DNA of 64,000 bases from Octopus sinensis (Eukaryota): the NCBI RefSeq assembly GCF_006345805.1, contig NC_043007.1:9858001-9922000 (forward strand). The letters are read 5' to 3'. Positions 1-12,814 of this stretch are shown here, one piece after another. The translations under genes and the position numbers were made by a program. The notes below the pieces were generated by a model that saw only the letters and a program-made list of their open reading frames with translations, ran no database searches and was not told the origin of the DNA. The first letter of the stretch is position 1; each line of letters begins with the position of its first letter.

Positions 1-1985
1 CCATCCGTCAATCCGTCCGTCCGTCTATCCGTCCATCCGTCCATTCATCCGTCCGTCCGTCCTTCCGTCCATCCGTCCATCTGTCCGTCCGTCCGTCCAT
101 CCATCCATCCATCCATCCATCATTCCATCATTCCATCTATCCATCTATCCATCCATCCATCCAGCACCCATCCAGCCATCCATCCATCCATCCATCCATT
201 CATCCATCCATCCACCCGCCCATCCATCCACCCACCCACCAATCCATCCGTCCATCCATCCGTCCGTCCGTCCCTCCCTCCCTCCGTCCGGCCTTCCGTC
301 CGTCCGTCCGTCCATCCATCCATCTATCCATCCCCCCTCCACCCATACATCCACCCATCAACCCATCCACCCATCTACCCACCCAACCATTCACCCATCC
401 ATCCTTCCATCTATCCATCCGTCCATCCATCCATCCGTCTGTCCGTCCGTCCGTCCATCCATCCATCCATCCAATCTTCCATCCTGCCATCCATCCATCT
501 ATCCATCTATCCATCCGTCCGTCGTCCAGCCGTCCATCCGTCCGTCCATCCAACCAGCCGTCCATCCATCCACCCATCCATCCATCCATCCATACATCCA
601 TATATCCATCCGTCCATCCATCCATCCACCCACCCATCCATCCATCCACCAATCCACCCATCCACCCACCCATCCACCATCCACCATCCACCCACTCACC
701 CTTCCTACCATCAATTTATCTATCCATCCATTCATCCATCCATCTGTCCATCCATCCATCCGTCCCTCCATCCGTCCCTCCGAATGTCTATCCATCCATT
801 CATCCATCCAGTCATCCATCCATCCATCGTTCCATCCATCCACCAAACCATATATCAATCCATCCATCCGTCCACTTATCCAGCCATCCACCCATCCGTC
901 CATCCATCCATCCATACATCCTTCCATCCGTCCGTCCATCCGACCGTCCGTTCGTCCATCCATCCGTCCATCCATCCTTCCATCAATCCATCCACTCATC
1001 CACCCATCCACCAACCCACCCATCCTCCCACCCATCCATCCATCCATCCGTCCATCCATCCATCCATCCGTTCATCCGTCCATCCGTCCGTCCATCCGTC
1101 CGTCCGTCCATCCGTCCGTCCGTCCGTCCGTTCATCCGTCCATCCGTCCGTCCGGTCTTCCGTCCATCCGTCCATCCGTCTGTCCATCCATCCGTCCCTC
1201 CGTCTGTCCCTGCGTCTGTCCGTTCCTCCATCCGTCCGTCTGTCCGTCCCCTCCATCCATCATTCCATCCACCCTTCCACCAATCCACCAATCCATCCAT
1301 CCATCCACCCATCCATCCATCCACCCACCCATCCGTTCATCCATCCATCCACCCACCCACCCATCTATCCATCCATCCATCCATCCATTCATCTGTCCGT
1401 CTGTCCGTCCGTCCATCCATGCATCCGTCCGCCCATTCGTCCGTCCCTTCGTCCGTCCCTCCGTCCATCCATCCATCCACCCAACTATCCATGCACCCAT
1501 GCACCCATCCATCCATCCACCCATCCATTCATCCATCCACTCAAACCCATCCCTCCCTCCCTCCATCCATCCATCCGTCCGTCCGTCCGCCCCTCCGTAT
1601 ATCCATCCGTACTTCCCTCCGTCCATGCATCCGTTTGTCCGTCTGTCCGTCCATCCATCCATCAGTCCGTCCGTCCATCCGTCCGTCCGTCCGTCCAACC
1701 GTCCGTCCGTCCGTCCGTCCATCCGTCCATCCGTCCGTACGTCCATCCATCCACATAGCCACCCATCCATCCATCCATCCATCCATCCATCCATCCATCC
1801 ATCCACACACCCATCTATCCATCCATCCATCCATCCATCCGTCCGTCAGTCCGTCGGTCCGTCCGTCCTTCCGTAATTCCGTCCCCCCGTCCGTACCTCC
1901 GTCCATCCACCCATCCGTCCATCCGTCCATCCATCCATCCATCCATCAATCCACCCATCAATCCACCCATCCATCCATCCATCCA
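1..1985. repeat. Compound (TCCA)n/(TCCG)n tetranucleotide satellite, about 2 kb, open at the window's left edge
   Basis: Continuous CCAT/CCGT units with occasional CCAC/CTAT variants; all MDGW/HPSI-type ORFs here are its translation. Confidence 0.97.
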
Positions 1986-1991
1986 ACTACA

Positions 1992-2430
1992 CATATATAT
2001 ATATATATATTATATATATATAATATATTATATATATAATAATATATATATATATAATATATTATATATATATACATAAATAATATACATATATATAATT
2101 AGTAAATTTTCGGTATGGAAAAGAACGATAAGCAAGCAAGCAAGAGAGCAAGCAAGTAAGTAAGCAAGCCTGCAAGCAAGCAAGCAAGCAAGCAAACATG
2201 CAAGTAAGCAAGCAAGTAAGCAAGTAAGCAAGCAAGTAAGCAAGCAAGCAAGTAAACAAGCAAGCAAACAAGCAAGCGAGTGAGTGAGTGAGTGAATGAG
2301 TGAGTGATTGAATGAGTGAATGAGTGAGTGAGTGAGTGTGTGAGTGAGTGAGTGAGTGTGTGAGTGAGTGAGTGTGTGAGTGAGTGAGTGAGTGAGTATG
2401 TAAGCAAGTAAACGCACACACACACACAAC
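1992..2430. repeat. Compound microsatellite (TA)n, (GCAA/GTAA)n, (GAGT)n, (CA)n
   Basis: Directly visible unit arrays. Confidence 0.95.
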
Positions 2431-2940
2431 TAGTTATCACATTGCTATTTATCTGGTTGATAGAGAAGTTGACCTAATATCATATCGCCATTTATCTCTC
2501 TCAGCTGTGTTCTGGCAGATGAATGTCAAAATTCGATAACTCAATATTATTTATTGCCATTTATCTATTTATCAATAACCACTTCATTCTCAATAATGAC
2601 TGAATATCCCACCTCGATATCACGTAGTTTATCTTTAATCTTTTATCTTTAATCTTTTATCTTTTGTCTTCTACTTGTTTCCGTCGTTGGACTGCGGCCA
2701 TGCTGAGACACCATCTTGAAGGGTTTTAATCAAACAAATCGACACCAATATTTATTATTCTTTAAAAACAATTTTTTTTTAAAGGCTGTTAATTATTCTG
2801 TCGGTTTTCTTGGCTGTAACGCTAATTTACAGTGACATAAAAAAACCGACACTGATTATCAAGCGATAGTGAACAAATACAAGCAAAAAATGTATGTGTG
2901 TGTGTATATATACATACATACACACACACATATATTATAT

Positions 2941-3143
2941 ATTCTTTTACTTGTTTCAGTCATATGATTGCGGCCATGCTGGAGGAGAACTGCCTTTAGT
3001 CGAATAAATGAATCCCAGGACTTATTCTTTGTAAGAGACTAGTACTTATTCTATCGGTATTTTTAGCCGAACCGCTAAGGAGATGTAAACATACCAACAT
3101 CGGTTGTCAAGCGATGGTGGAGGAAAAATACAGACACACAAAG
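2941..3143 (-). mobile_element. SINE-B 3' half (a more degraded one lies at about 2668-2880)
   Basis: Reverse complement of the SINE-B tail: cttttacttgtttcagtca...gcggccatgctgg...ccgaaccgctaag. Confidence 0.8.
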
Positions 3144-3144
3144 A

Positions 3145-3161
3145 TGTATATACATACATAC

Positions 3162-3194
<33 letters not shown>

Positions 3195-3472
3195 TATAAT
3201 ATATATAATATATATTATATATATAATATAATATAATATAATATAATATAATATAATATAATATGATATAATATATATAATATAATATAATATAATATAA
3301 TATATAATATAATATAATCAGCCGAAATTGCGAGGATATTCTGGTGCTTGACTGAGGAAAGAAAACTTCGAATGACCCGTCCTTGTTTTCTTTGTATCGT
3401 CTATCTGGATGTTTTGTTGTCCCTTTTTGTATCACCTAGCCGTCCGGATGTTTTGCATTCTTGTCCCATTTC

Positions 3473-3515
<43 letters not shown>

Positions 3516-3538
3516 CTATATATATATTATATATATAG

Positions 3539-3586
<48 letters not shown>

Positions 3587-3593
3587 TATAATA

Positions 3594-3639
<46 letters not shown>

Positions 3640-3648
3640 TATATATAT

Positions 3649-3695
<47 letters not shown>

Positions 3696-3869
3696 GTGAT
3701 AACTAGTTGTGTGTGTGTGTGCGTTTACTTGCTTACATACTCACTCACTCACTCACTCACTCACTCACACACACTCACTCACTCACACACTCACTCACTC
3801 ACTCACACACTCACTCACTCACCATATATAATAATAATATATATATATATATATAATATAATAATATAA

Positions 3870-3965
<96 letters not shown>

Positions 3966-3967
3966 TA

Positions 3968-4038
<71 letters not shown>

Positions 4039-4045
4039 ATATATA
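3145..4045. repeat. (TA)n/(TATAA)n tracts with an embedded inverted copy of 2315-2443 at 3693-3822
   Basis: Visible arrays; aatgtgataactagttgtgtg...cttacatactcactc is the reverse complement of 2315-2443. Confidence 0.9.
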
Positions 4046-4046
4046 A

Positions 4047-4430
4047 GTGGAGCGCAATGGCCCAGTGGTTAGGGCAGCAGACTCGCGGTCATAGGATCGC
4101 GGTTTCGATTCTCAGACCGGCGTTGTGAGTGTTTAATGAGCGAAAACACCTAAAGCTCCACGCGGCTCCGCGCAGGGATGGTGGTGATCCCTGCTGTACT
4201 CTTTCACCACAACTTCTCCACTCTTTTTTCTCCCTGTTTCTGTTGTACATGTATTTCAAAGGGCCGGTCTTGTCACTCTCTGTGTCACGCTGAATATCCC
4301 CGGGAACTACGTTAAGGTACACGTGTCTGTAGAGTGGTCAGCCACTTACACGTTAATTTCACGAGCAGGTTGTTCCGTTGATTCGGATCAACCGGAACCC
4401 TCGTCGTCGTAACCGACGGAGTGCTTCCCA
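4047..4430 (+). mobile_element. SINE-R, full length, tRNA(Arg)-like head (resembles the octopus OR-type SINEs as I recall them)
   Basis: A box tggcccagtggttagg, anticodon-like arm gactcgcggtc, B box ggtttcgattc; near-identical to 22439-22826 and 25187-25579. Confidence 0.88.
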
Positions 4431-4431
4431 T

Positions 4432-4432
<1 letters not shown>

Positions 4433-4480
<48 letters not shown>

Positions 4481-4495
4481 GTGTGTGTGTGTGTT

Positions 4496-4542
<47 letters not shown>

Positions 4543-4607
4543 ATGTATGTATGTATGTATGTATGTATGTATGTATGTATGTATGTATGTATGTATGTAT
4601 GTATGTA
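4433..4607. repeat. (TA)n(TG)n(TATG)n microsatellite
   Basis: Visible arrays. Confidence 0.95.
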
Positions 4608-4823
4608 TAATGGAGAAATTATACAAAATGTATAAACAGATGATGGGTGAAGGACCGGCACAGTTTCGATTACCTGTTGTTATCCGTAGATTTATGCAGG
4701 AACTTCGTAGTGACGGTTGGGGTAACAGTATTAGTAAAATAGATGGAGTGAATAAAATATTTTATTAGGTACGACACATGTTTCGACACATTCTGGGTCT
4801 CTTCGGGTACATTAATATATATA

Positions 4824-4981
4824 TACGACGGGCTTCTTTCAGTTTCTGTCTACCAAATCCCCTCACAAGGCTTTGGTCGGTCCGGGGCGATAGCAGAAGA
4901 CACTTGCCTAAGGTATTACGCAGTAGGATTGAACTCGGAACCATGTGGTCGGGAAGCAAGCTTCTTACCACAGAGACCCGC
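4824..4981 (-). mobile_element. SINE-B 5' half
   Basis: Reverse complement of the head gtggtaagaagcttgcttccc...ggcaagtgtcttctgctat. Confidence 0.8.
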
Positions 4982-5030
4982 ATGTATGCAAGTGTGCGTA
5001 TGTATGTATGTATGTATGTATGTATGTATG

Positions 5031-5069
<39 letters not shown>

Positions 5070-5086
5070 CATCCATCCATCCATCC

Positions 5087-5117
<31 letters not shown>

Positions 5118-5122
5118 CATCC

Positions 5123-5180
<58 letters not shown>

Positions 5181-5181
<1 letters not shown>

Positions 5182-5850
5182 GCGTGTGGGACGAGTCGGT
5201 TTATCAACCGAGTCAATCGTGAATATTTTCGCGTCTCCTTACTTGAAACGGGAAGGAAGAGCCATTTTCATCGTACTCGTGGCTATGGAGAAAGAATGTG
5301 TATGGTGGACGCATCTGAAAGGTCTAGAGACAAACACTTTCCTCTCTGGTCAATTTCTCATCAACTTTTTTAAGTATCACTTGCAGAGGAAGATGAGAGT
5401 AGAGAGGGAAGTTGTATCTAGTGAATGTTGCACAAAAAAGATGGGTGAAAGTAGCAAGGATGGCACGTGTGAATGACGGAGCCAGCTTGAGCATAATCAT
5501 ATGAACCAAAAGAAAGGAAATAATAATAAAAAAATAAACGAAGGAAAAAAGAGAGCCACTTACTATAAAGTGTTTTATTTTTGCATGACACTATTGCCCA
5601 AGGTTCCCTTAGTCTATTCCGTAGGCTTTCTATCCACGGATAAACCTAATCTGTTTTCCCTTTTTACATTGACACGATCCCTATTGCTCGTTCCCCCCCC
5701 TTTTTTTTTTCACGATCCCTTTTGATCGGAATTCGACCCACTTTTTCCTTTTCTTTTTTTTTCCCCCTTCTCTTCTCCCCCAAAAGAAAAGCTCTACTTT
5801 GTATTTTGTCCCTTCTGTGTTCAGCGCTGCGTGGCCAATCAAGAAATATA
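5181..5850 (+). mobile_element. Tx1/L1-type LINE 3' end (ORF2 C-terminus plus 3' UTR), 5'-truncated after a (TCTA)n tract
   Basis: Translation [44 protein letters not shown] resembles a Tx1-type ORF2 C-terminus; pyrimidine-rich UTR follows; recognised by eye. Confidence 0.6.
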
Positions 5851-5853
5851 TCT

Positions 5854-6280
5854 GCGCGGGAGTGGCTGTGTGGTAAGTAGATTGCTTACCAACCACATGG
5901 TTCCAGGTTCAGTCCCACTGCGTGGCATCTTGGGCAAGTGTCTTCTGCTATAGCCTCGGGCCGACCAATGCCTTGTGAGTGGATTTGGTAGACGGAAACT
6001 GAAAGAAGCCTGTCGTATATATGTATACGTATATATATATATGTATGTGTGTGTATGTTTGTGTGTCTGTGTTTGTCCCCCCCCCAGCATTGCTTGACAA
6101 CCGATGCTGGTGTGTTTACGTCCCCGTCACTTAGCGGTTCGGCAAAAGAGACCGATAGAATGAGTACTGGGCTTACAAAAGAATAAGTCCCGGGGTCGAT
6201 TTGCTCGACTAAAGGCGGTGCTCCAGCATGGCCGCAGTCAAATGACTGAATCAAGTAAAAGAATAAAAGAGTAAAAAGAG
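5854..6280 (+). mobile_element. SINE-B full length (tRNA head, internal TA/TG microsatellite, AAAGAGT tail)
   Basis: A box tggctgtgtggtaag, B box ggttcagtccc, body cttgggcaagtgtctt, tail gactgaa..aagtaaaagaataaaagag. Confidence 0.9.
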
Positions 6281-6302
6281 TATCTATCTATCTATATTTA
6301 TA

Positions 6303-6597
6303 TCACCTGATTGACCAGAGTATCGGACGTTGTTAGGCATCGATGGTCACGGTGTGCTTTGCATGGCTTTAGCTTTTTAACAATGCCACTCCCAATGGTT
6401 AGGCGAGCAGGTCGACATTTCCCTTGATCGGAAGGATCGTCCGTTGCATGGTTCCTCATTTACAGCTGAGCGAACGTAGCAATGTGAAATGAAGTGCTTT
6501 GCTCAAGAACACAATGCGCAGTCGGTCTGGGAATCGAAACCACGATCTCGCGATCGTGAGTGAAACATGCCTAACCATTAGGCAACGCCACTTCACA
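6303..6597 (-). mobile_element. SINE-C-related copy with a different tail
   Basis: gaaatgaagtgctttgctcaagaacac...ctgggaatcgaa matches the SINE-C head at 12284-12618. Confidence 0.65.
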
Positions 6598-6680
6598 CGC
6601 ACAGACACACACACACACACACATACACGCACGCACGCACATACACACACACATATACACACATACACACACACACACTA

Positions 6681-6712
<32 letters not shown>

Positions 6713-6715
6713 TGT

Positions 6716-6942
6716 AGGTGCCGGCGTGGCTGTCTCAGACGCAGGCGCGACTGTGTGGTGAGAAGCTTGCTCCCCAACCACATGGTTCCGGGTTCAGTCC
6801 CACTGCGTAGGCAAGTGTCTTCTACTAAATCTTCGGACCGATCAAAGCCTTGTGAGTGGATTTGGTAGATAGAAACTGAAAGAATCCCGATATATATATA
6901 TATTTGTGTGTGTGTGTGTATGTATGTGTGTGTGTGTGTGTG

Positions 6943-6998
<56 letters not shown>

Positions 6999-7165
6999 AT
7001 TGTACCTGTGTTGTTTGTTCCCCACCATCACTTAACAAGCGATGTTAGTGTGTTTATGTCCCCGTAAATTAGCGGTTCGGCGAAAGAGGCCGATAGAATA
7101 ACTACGTACAAAGGATAAGTCCTGGGGTCGACTTTTCTTCGTCTAAAACCCTTGAAGGCGCCGCT
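6716..7165 (+). mobile_element. SINE-B, 3'-truncated, internal (TG)n expanded
   Basis: Head and central segment match 5854-6280. Confidence 0.8.
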
Positions 7166-7532
7166 GGAAAAAAGATATATATATATATATATATATGCAT
7201 TGGGAACCACTTCACATCGCCAACCGGTGGTTGTCACACGCTGATAGCGGGTCAATATTCGGAAACCCGGGTCTGTGTGTATCACGCCATGCTGGCGATA
7301 GGAAGGATGACCTCCCTTTGCAAATACTGATAGGGCACAGAAAGTATGTTAATAGCCAACTAGAGGAGATGTCTTCCTGGGGCTACAAGTTACAGTAGCA
7401 TCAACCCTTAAGGGTTATCCACAATTAAGTTGCAAATATACTTCACGATGTCGTGCAGCTACTGTTTATACCTTGCTCAGAGATTAATTATTGCTTTTAT
7501 ATATATTGATAGATCGGTAGTTACTACACACA

Positions 7533-7725
7533 TTTTTTCTCTCCTTTTTTTCTCTCCTTTTTTTCTCTCCTTGTTTCTCTCCTTGTTTAATTCTGTGTTC
7601 CTTTCTGTGGAAGAACGTAGGCTCGAAACGTAAAATACTTTTTCAATTCCTGAGCGTTATACTAATACATCTGTTTGTTTTCTACACCACCTGTCTTCGT
7701 CTTTTGTTTTTCTCGTGAATTCTCG
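7533..7725 (+). mobile_element. Short Penelope-pLTR-like repeat with hammerhead-like motif (family H, copy 1)
   Basis: ctttCTGTGGAagaacgtaggctcGAAACGTAaaa; about 190-bp unit shared with 38628, 39470, 55712 and 59528. Confidence 0.6.
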
Positions 7726-7726
7726 C

Positions 7727-7789
<63 letters not shown>

Positions 7790-8369
7790 TGTATGTATGT
7801 ATGTATATGCCGAGGTTCCATGCAGTTTCTGTGTACCAAATTCATTCACGAGGCAATGACCCGCACGGGGCTAAAGATACTTGCCCAAGGACTGGCGGCA
7901 GCGGAACTGAACACGAAATCAAATGCTTGCAAAGCATGCTTGTTAACCACACAGCCATCCTTTATCTTTTATCAAGACGTATGAATCTAGTTAAAAGATG
8001 GATGAATGTTACATGATATCATTACATTATTGTTATTATCACGCGATATCACACTGCTGTTTATCCAGAACTTGTGTACATTGGTGAGAGAAAGTATGAT
8101 GTCGATTAGACCTAAATTTAGAGTATATTTCGGAAATTGTATTATCGATCAGTGAATGAACCAAAAATATATAGGCTTGCTTCGTCTTAGCAAACGTTAC
8201 TACAAGAAGGTCAGACGCTGTTTAACGTCTGGAAAGTTGAGAAGAGCGGATGAGTGCGATGAAAGGGTTCGATCTCTGAATCAACTCTTTGTTCAGTTTC
8301 TAATTAGTATGTTATATGTTCCTTACTTAATCATTCTCTCTCTGTCTGTTTGTCTGTCTGTTTGTCTGT

Positions 8370-8408
<39 letters not shown>

Positions 8409-8514
8409 AAAAGAGAGAGAGTATGTGTGTGTGTGTGTGTGTGTGCGTGTTTGTGTGCGTGTGCGTATGCGTGTGTATACATTCATACACTCATACACAA
8501 ATATGTATCTTTTT

Positions 8515-9028
8515 TTTTTTCATTCTTTTACTTGTTTCAGTCATCAGATTGTGGCCATGCTGGGGCACCGCCTTGAAGAATATTTAGTCGAATGAATCGA
8601 TCCAAATTTTGTATTTTAAAACCTGGTATTTGTTCTCTCGACACTTTTTGCCGAACCGCTAAGTTGCGAGTACATAAACACACCAAAACCGTTTGTCAAG
8701 CGATGATGGAGGACAAAAACACAGACAAACAGACAGACACTCACACACACACACACACACACACGTGAAAAAGCTTCCTTCTCAACCACATTCATCCAGG
8801 TTCAATCCCACTGTGTGGCACCTTGGGTAAATTATCTTCAACTATAGCCTCGAGGCGACCAAAGTCCCACCGCCTCGAAGGGTTTTAGTTGAACTAATCG
8901 ACCCCAGGATTTTTTTTTTTCAAGCCTAGTACTTATTTCATCGGTGCCTTATGCCGAACCTCTAGGTTACAGGGACGTAAACACAACAGCACTGGTTGTC
9001 AAGCGGTGGTGGGAGACAAACACGGACA

Positions 9029-9065
<37 letters not shown>

Positions 9066-9670
9066 TCTTTTATTCTTTTACTTGTTTCAGTCATTTGACT
9101 GTGGCCATACTGGAGCACCGCCTTAAAGGGTTTTTTGTCGAAGAAATCAACTTCAGGACTTATTCGTTATAAACCTAGTACTTATTCTATCGGTCTCTTT
9201 TGCTGAAGCGCTATATATGCGACGGGCTTCTTTCAGTTTCCGTCTACCAAATCCACTAACAAAGCTTTGGTCGGCCTGAGGCTATAGTAGAAGACACTTG
9301 CCCAAGATGCTACACAGTGGGACTGAACTCGGAACCATGTGGTTGGAAAGCAAACTTCTTACCACACAGCTTCGCCTGCGCCTATGTACAGATGTTTTTA
9401 AAGTCTAGTATTCATTCTATTGGTCCCTTTTGCCGAAACCGTTAAGTTACAGCTACGTAAACAAACCATCACTGGTTGTCAAGCAATGGCACACACGCAC
9501 ACACACACATACACACACACATACACTCACATTCATATACGACGAATTTCTAGTTTTCGTTTATCAAATTCATTCCCACGGCATTGGTCTGTCCGAGGAT
9601 TAGAAGACATTTGTTCAAGGTGCTGCACAGCGGGATCGAACCCGAAACCATGTGGTTGCTAAACATCCAT
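8515..9670 (-). mobile_element. Cluster of four or five nested or degraded SINE-B copies
   Basis: Repeated cttttacttgtttcagtc, gccgaaccgctaag and gaagacacttgcccaag segments. Confidence 0.75.
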
Positions 9671-9790
9671 GTCTATCTACAAGCCAGCGTTTACGTTGTT
9701 GCTCCACCTGCAAGAAACAGCAGCTAAATTTCTCTCAAATAATGCTATATCATCTTCAAAAATGAACCACGATTGATAAGGCTATCTATT

Positions 9791-9895
9791 CGTCTGTTAT
9801 TGAAAACACGAAAGAACTCTGATGCTAATAATAAAGAAATTATTACAGCTATCCCACAAAATGCTTTCTTAGCTTAGCTTTGAGTGAAATACCTT
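9791..9895. repeat. Unclassified about 105-bp dispersed repeat (second copy 15498-15602)
   Basis: actctgatgctaataataaagaaattattacagctatccc..ctttcttagcttag present at both loci. Confidence 0.7.
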
Positions 9896-9919
9896 CGATA
9901 TTTGTCTACAGAAAAGCGG

Positions 9920-10100
9920 TGAGTCGGAAGAATGGTTAGCACGCAGGACAAAAAGTCCTTACGTTCTGAGTTCAAATTCTGCCGAGGTCGACTTTAGCTT
10001 TTTTATCAATAAGTACCAGCTGAGCATTGAGGTCGATGTAATCGACCAGCCTCCTCCTCCAAAGTTCAGGCCTTGTGCCTATTGTAGAAAGGATATTGGT
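9920..10100 (+). mobile_element. SINE-A, A2 tail type, degraded
   Basis: B box gagttcaaattc, gaggtcgacttt, tail caggccttgtgcctattgtagaaaggat. Confidence 0.7.
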
Positions 10101-10306
10101 CTACAGAGTGTAGGTATGAGGAGACGATGTAATTCACCCTCTTTTTTTTCGGCCTACCCTCTTTATTTAGGTCATGAGGAAAGGTTGTGTAAGTTATTTC
10201 TTTATTGCCCACAAGGGGCTAAAAAAAGGGTTGTGTAAGTGACGTCGTGAACCAATAACGAACGATTGCCTTGGCTATGTCGTTAGAACGGTATTCATTC
10301 CCGCTG

Positions 10307-10535
10307 GTGGCGGGTTGGCAGAAACGTTAGCACGCCGGGCGAAATGCTTTGCGGTATTTCGTCTACCGCTACGTTCTGAGTTAAAATTCCGCGCGGTCGA
10401 CTTTGCCTTTCATCCTTTCGGGGTCGATTAAATAAGTACCAGTTACGCACTGGGGTCGATATAATCGACTTAATCCGTTTGTCTGTTCTTGTTTGTCCTC
10501 TCTGTGTTTAGCCCCTTGTGGGCAGTAAAGAAATA
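10307..10535 (+). mobile_element. SINE-A1 with 17-bp TSD (one mismatch)
   Basis: ggtattcatt(c/g)ccgctg at 10290-10306 and 10536-10552 flanks the element. Confidence 0.9.
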
Positions 10536-11497
10536 GGTATTCATTGCCGCTGTCCACTGTTTAAGTTCAAATCTGACATGGATCAATTTTTGCCTTTCAT
10601 CCTTTCAGGATCAATGCATAAAGTATTCAGTTTTTGTCTGTATAAATTGGCTATGTTCAGATATGGTAAAAAAAAATTGGCTTACCTAACGGAACTAGCA
10701 GGTTGATCGAACAATCGGATACAATGTGGTTTAAAAGGGATCTTCTTAAACAAAATCATGAAAAAGCAAACTTTAACGCATTTAAATCAAGTTACTATAT
10801 ACTATGTGTGTTCTTAGCTTTAGTGGGAGGGGTTTTTTTGGTGGGGGGCGGGATTTAGCATAGATGCGTTTCCATAGTAACATTTCCCTCTGTTAAACCT
10901 ATTTCCGGCATTATATAAGTGCCCGAATTCATCTCCAACAAACAAAGAAAAACCAAAAAAAAAAGGGAAAAAAAAAAAAAATAGGGTCTGTCAAGAATGA
11001 TTCATTTATATCCGGGTATTTTCCAGTCGTGTTGAACTGAAAACTCAGCAGTTTATGCAAAAGAAGCCAAACAAACAAACAAACAAACAAAACGTGGATT
11101 TTTTTATTTTTATTTATTTATTTATTTATTTTTTTTTTTTTTTGTGCGGAAATTAAATGAAAGTTAGCGACACAAAGAAGAACCAAGATAGATCGAATCC
11201 AGCGGAACGGCATAAAGGATATGAAGCGAATAATGTAGATAAGTAGGGTAAGCGAACTGGGAAAATCGTCAGCGCATCGAACAAAATTCTAAGCAGCATT
11301 TCTTCCGGCTCTTTCCGTTCTCGGTTCTAATCCCGGTAAAGTTAACTTAACCCTCCATCCTATCGAGCTCGATAAAATGAAGTAACAATCAAGTACTGGA
11401 GTCGATGTAATCGACTACCTTCCCCTCCACTCCTCCTTAGAGTTGCTGGCATTGTGTCAAAATTTGAAATAACGTTGATAAATCTAAATTTTTATTA

Positions 11498-11905
11498 GGC
11501 GCAGGAGTGGCTGTGTGGTAAGTAGCTTGCTTACCAACCATATGGCCATGGTCATGGGTTCAGTCCCACTGCGTGGCACCTTCGGCAAGTGTCTTATTCT
11601 ATAGCCGACCAAAGCCTTGTGAGTGGATTTGGTAGACGGAAATTCGAAGAAGCCCGTCGTATATGTATATGTGTGTGTGTGTGTGTATCCTTGTGTGTCT
11701 GTGTTTGCCCCCACCCCCCAACATTGCTTGACAACCGATGCTGGTGTGTTTATGTCCCCGTCACTTAGCGGTTCGGCAAAAGAGACCGATAAAAATAAGA
11801 TCTAGGCTTACAATGAATAAGTTCCGGGGTCAATTTGCTCAACTAAAGGCGGTGCTCCAGCATGGCCGCAGTCAAATGACTGAAACAAGTAAAAGAATAA
11901 AAGAA
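11498..11905 (+). mobile_element. SINE-B full length
   Basis: ggcgcaggagtggctgtgtggtaag head through gactgaaacaagtaaaagaataaaag tail. Confidence 0.9.
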
Positions 11906-12283
11906 AGAATTAATTTTCGGGAATATTCTCAAGATAAAAAAATATAACTTTTGTCTTTACCTTGCTGTGACCAGTTGTACAATCTATCATCTTTTATTTC
12001 ATGTCTCAGTCATTTGGCTGCGGCCAAGTTGGAGCACCACCTAGAAGGGTTTAGCCGAACAAATCGACCCTGTATTTATCGGAACTGCTGATTTACGGAT
12101 ACGTAAACAAACCAACGCTGGTTGTGAATCGGGAGCGGCGACAAATACTAACATACTAATATGCGCGCACACACACATACGATAGGCTTCCACACAGTTT
12201 CCGTTTACAAAATTCACTCACAACACATTAGTCGACCCGGAACTTTAGTAGAAGAAACTTGCACAAAGTGCAGCGCGATGGAA

Positions 12284-12618
12284 GGAGACCCCCTTCGGTC
12301 ATGAATGACCATGGGATTGCACCTAGAAAGTTACCCTTTGAAGCACAAGTCCGGGCAAGGTTGTTTGTGGAAGGCCAGCAGTCGCCCATGCATACCAGCC
12401 CCCTCTCTTCACACCACTGATGTTATCCAAGGGAAAGGCAAAGGCCGATACCGCTTGGCACCAGTGATGTCGCAACTCATTTCTACAGCTAATTTAACTG
12501 GAGCAACGTGAAATAAAGTGTCTTGCTCAAGAACACACGCAGCCCGGTCTGGGAATCGAACTTACAACCTCCATGATCGTAAGCTCTACGCATTAACCAC
12601 TGAGCCATGCGCCTTCAC
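12284..12618 (-). mobile_element. SINE-C full length
   Basis: Reverse complement of 56820-57158; A box tggctcagtggttaa, B box agttcgattccc. Confidence 0.85.
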
Positions 12619-12814
12619 AACGAGTTGGGACAGAACCCAAAACCGCGTGGTTGCAAAGTGAGCTTTTTATACATACATACATACATACATACATACATAC
12701 ATACAACATACATACATACATACATACATACATACATGCATACATACATACATGCATGCAGACATACATACATACATACATACATACATACATACATACA
12801 TACATACATACATA

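Noticed and set aside
120-2440. Long ORFs (up to 324 aa) of MDGW/HPSI/LLAC type
   Set aside because: Pure translations of tetranucleotide repeats, open in several frames on both strands
3345-3475. CTGAGGA-AAG-AAAA-CTT-CGAAT hammerhead-like motif
   Set aside because: The GAAA core is broken and no convincing helix I or III; possibly a decayed pLTR but not supportable
4047-4120. tRNA-like cloverleaf (also in every SINE head)
   Set aside because: The acceptor stem is incomplete and it is followed by a SINE body, with TSDs in sister copies; not tRNA genes
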